Shown here piece by piece: positions 62,703 to 64,000 of a stretch of DNA of 64,000 nt (position 1 is its first letter; each line of letters starts with the position of its first letter). Where the stretch lies: contig JAGNWK010000003.1 of the NCBI GenBank assembly GCA_017985985.1, forward strand, positions 11,865 to 75,864, in the 5' to 3' direction. This DNA is from Oligoflexales bacterium. GTDB taxonomy: Bacteria > Bdellovibrionota_B > Oligoflexia > Oligoflexales > Bog-1112. Under the pieces are notes generated by a model. It did not search any database and was not told where the DNA came from. It saw only the letters and a program-made list of their open reading frames with translations. Position numbers and translations under genes: made by a program.

Positions 62703-64000
62703 CTACTTTTCCAAGAACTTTCTCGTTAAATTCCTCATCCCAGCAGGCAAGACGAGGACATTGTCCTCTATCCTCATTCCGCCATAAGGGATCAAGCTGT
62801 CGATCAGATTCCAGTCAAAATGCGATCTCAGCTCTCCCGTTCGGTGAGGCGCCAAAAGCACGGGAATAAAATAGATCCCTGGCTCTATGGTGACAATCTC
62901 CTTCTCCCGGAGCGCGCGACGAGTTCGCAGCTTGGGGAACTCTTTGTCTGGAGGTGCTTCCTCCCCCTTCGCGTTGATCTGTAGACCAGCCACATCGTGG
63001 ACCTGAAGCCCTAACATGTGACCTAGACCATGCGGCAGAAACACCTGGGTAAGGCCTTTCTGCAGAGCAAACTCAGCATCACAGAGTTTCAGCACATCAC
63101 ACTGCAGGAGCAAATTCGCGACCCCAAGGTGACAGGTCTTGTGCAAGGACTTGAATTCAATCCCCGCCTTGAGGGAACGGCACAAGGCCTGCTGCAGATC
63201 CTCTAAACCCTGCAAAAGAGCTCGAAAAGTTGCTGGCGTCGACTCCCGAGCATAGGTCCGCGTGATATCAGAAGCATAGCCCCTATAGGGAACCCCACAG
63301 TCGATCAGCAAAGTCTGGGGATTCGCGACCTTTCTTCGCTTCGGATTGTAATGCAAAAAAGCGCTCTTTTCGTTAAGGGCAATGATGCTGGCATAAGCCA
63401 ACTCTTCTTCAGAAATATCGCAGGCCTCTAAAAATGCCAGATGAAGAGCCAGTTCGGAGCCATATTCTTGCATCTGCAGAAACTGAGCCAGGACCCTACG
63501 ATGACCGAGCGCTGCTTTCTCATTAGCTTTTTCCACACAAAGAACTTCATAGGCTGACTTCTGGGCTCTTTCCCAGTCGAGACGGAAGACCAGCTCCGTC
63601 GGATTAGGATCCAAACCCTTCTCCTGAGCCTCTGCCAATTCCGGTCCTATGAAGGCATGCCCCTTGAAATCACCAAGAGCTTTCCAACGCTCCGCCCGAT
63701 TGCGAACGACGATGACATCAAAGCCCTTAGCCCAGAAAGCTCCTTCTAAGGTGGGCGGCTCGTACCAAAAATCTGCTGGAGAGAAAAAAACAAGCGTCGG
63801 TTTGCTTGCTGGCCTTATCCATAAAAGATGGTGAGGAGTCCGCTCTGGGCACCAGTGGGCAAAGTGAGGGGTTGGACGAAAGGGAGCCTCCTGATCATCT
63901 GCGAAATAAAGATCCGCATAACCAGAGCTGATCACCAGTCCGTCATAACCACACTCCACTAAATGCCGCTCTGTCGTCTGCTGCCTAAGCCCTAGATGCT
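62703..64000 (-). CDS. pepQ: Xaa-Pro dipeptidase (M24B), 5' end beyond window
   Basis: ALNEKSAFLHY, DCGVPYRGYASDITRTY, PHGLGHMLGLQVHD, VTIEPGIYF, GGMRIEDNV. The frame stays open upstream to position 64000 (..LGLRQQTTERHLVECGYDGLV), so the N-terminus is truncated. Confidence 0.9.
   Translation of the reverse strand, partial: HLGLRQQTTERHLVECGYDGLVISSGYADLYFADDQEAPFRPTPHFAHWCPERTPHHLLWIRPASKPTLVFFSPADFWYEPPTLEGAFWAKGFDVIVVRNRAERWKALGDFKGHAFIGPELAEAQEKGLDPNPTELVFRLDWERAQKSAYEVLCVEKANEKAALGHRRVLAQFLQMQEYGSELALHLAFLEACDISEEELAYASIIALNEKSAFLHYNPKRRKVANPQTLLIDCGVPYRGYASDITRTYARESTPATFRALLQGLEDLQQALCRSLKAGIEFKSLHKTCHLGVANLLLQCDVLKLCDAEFALQKGLTQVFLPHGLGHMLGLQVHDVAGLQINAKGEEAPPDKEFPKLRTRRALREKEIVTIEPGIYFIPVLLAPHRTGELRSHFDWNLIDSLIPYGGMRIEDNVLVLPAGMRNLTRKFLEK

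Overview
This is a 64-kb chromosomal window from a flagellated Gram-negative bacterium. GC is about 45-47% by eye. Gene content and the load of secreted hydrolases recall Bdellovibrio-like or Oligoflexia organisms, but that is inference only. I could run no searches; every call comes from reading the ORF track and my own hand translation and folding.

Most of the window is housekeeping:
- DNA repair and translation: recJ-xseB-xseA, typA, mfd, coaE, pepQ.
- Motility and stress: fliC, sodB, clpB.
- Envelope: two parvulin/SurA-type chaperones, murJ, and LPS/glycosylation genes (GT9, GT-C).
- Metabolism: a fused IcmF-type B12 mutase, an AMP-ligase, hemD, pdhAB.
- Transport and iron: an RND pump pair, a TauE-type exporter, bfd-galE-bfr.
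- A Ski2/HelY-like helicase.

Four genes are missing from the ORF track and I found them by hand: recJ (its frame runs off the window edge), tRNA-Gln(UUG), a small SRP RNA, and rpmG (55 aa).

The accessory content is:
- a HEPN/MNT pair;
- an AAA-ATPase gene remnant exactly bracketed by two perfect hairpins, lying between the helicase and a YprB-like exonuclease;
- a 1132-aa repetitive lipoprotein;
- a region downstream of tRNA-Gln encoding three paralogous small lipoproteins, a vWA plus LuxE-like pair, a P-domain metalloprotease, and an EEP-domain membrane protein.

The most unusual property I can see directly is the density and diversity of short palindromic repeats. There are at least five families. 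They sit at gene ends and between operon genes, one copy is read through in frame inside the AMP-ligase CDS, and 50-bp direct repeats flank that same gene.

I saw no transposase, integrase, CRISPR array or rRNA. I cannot point to one clearly novel multi-gene system with confidence; the candidates are ranked in the findings.
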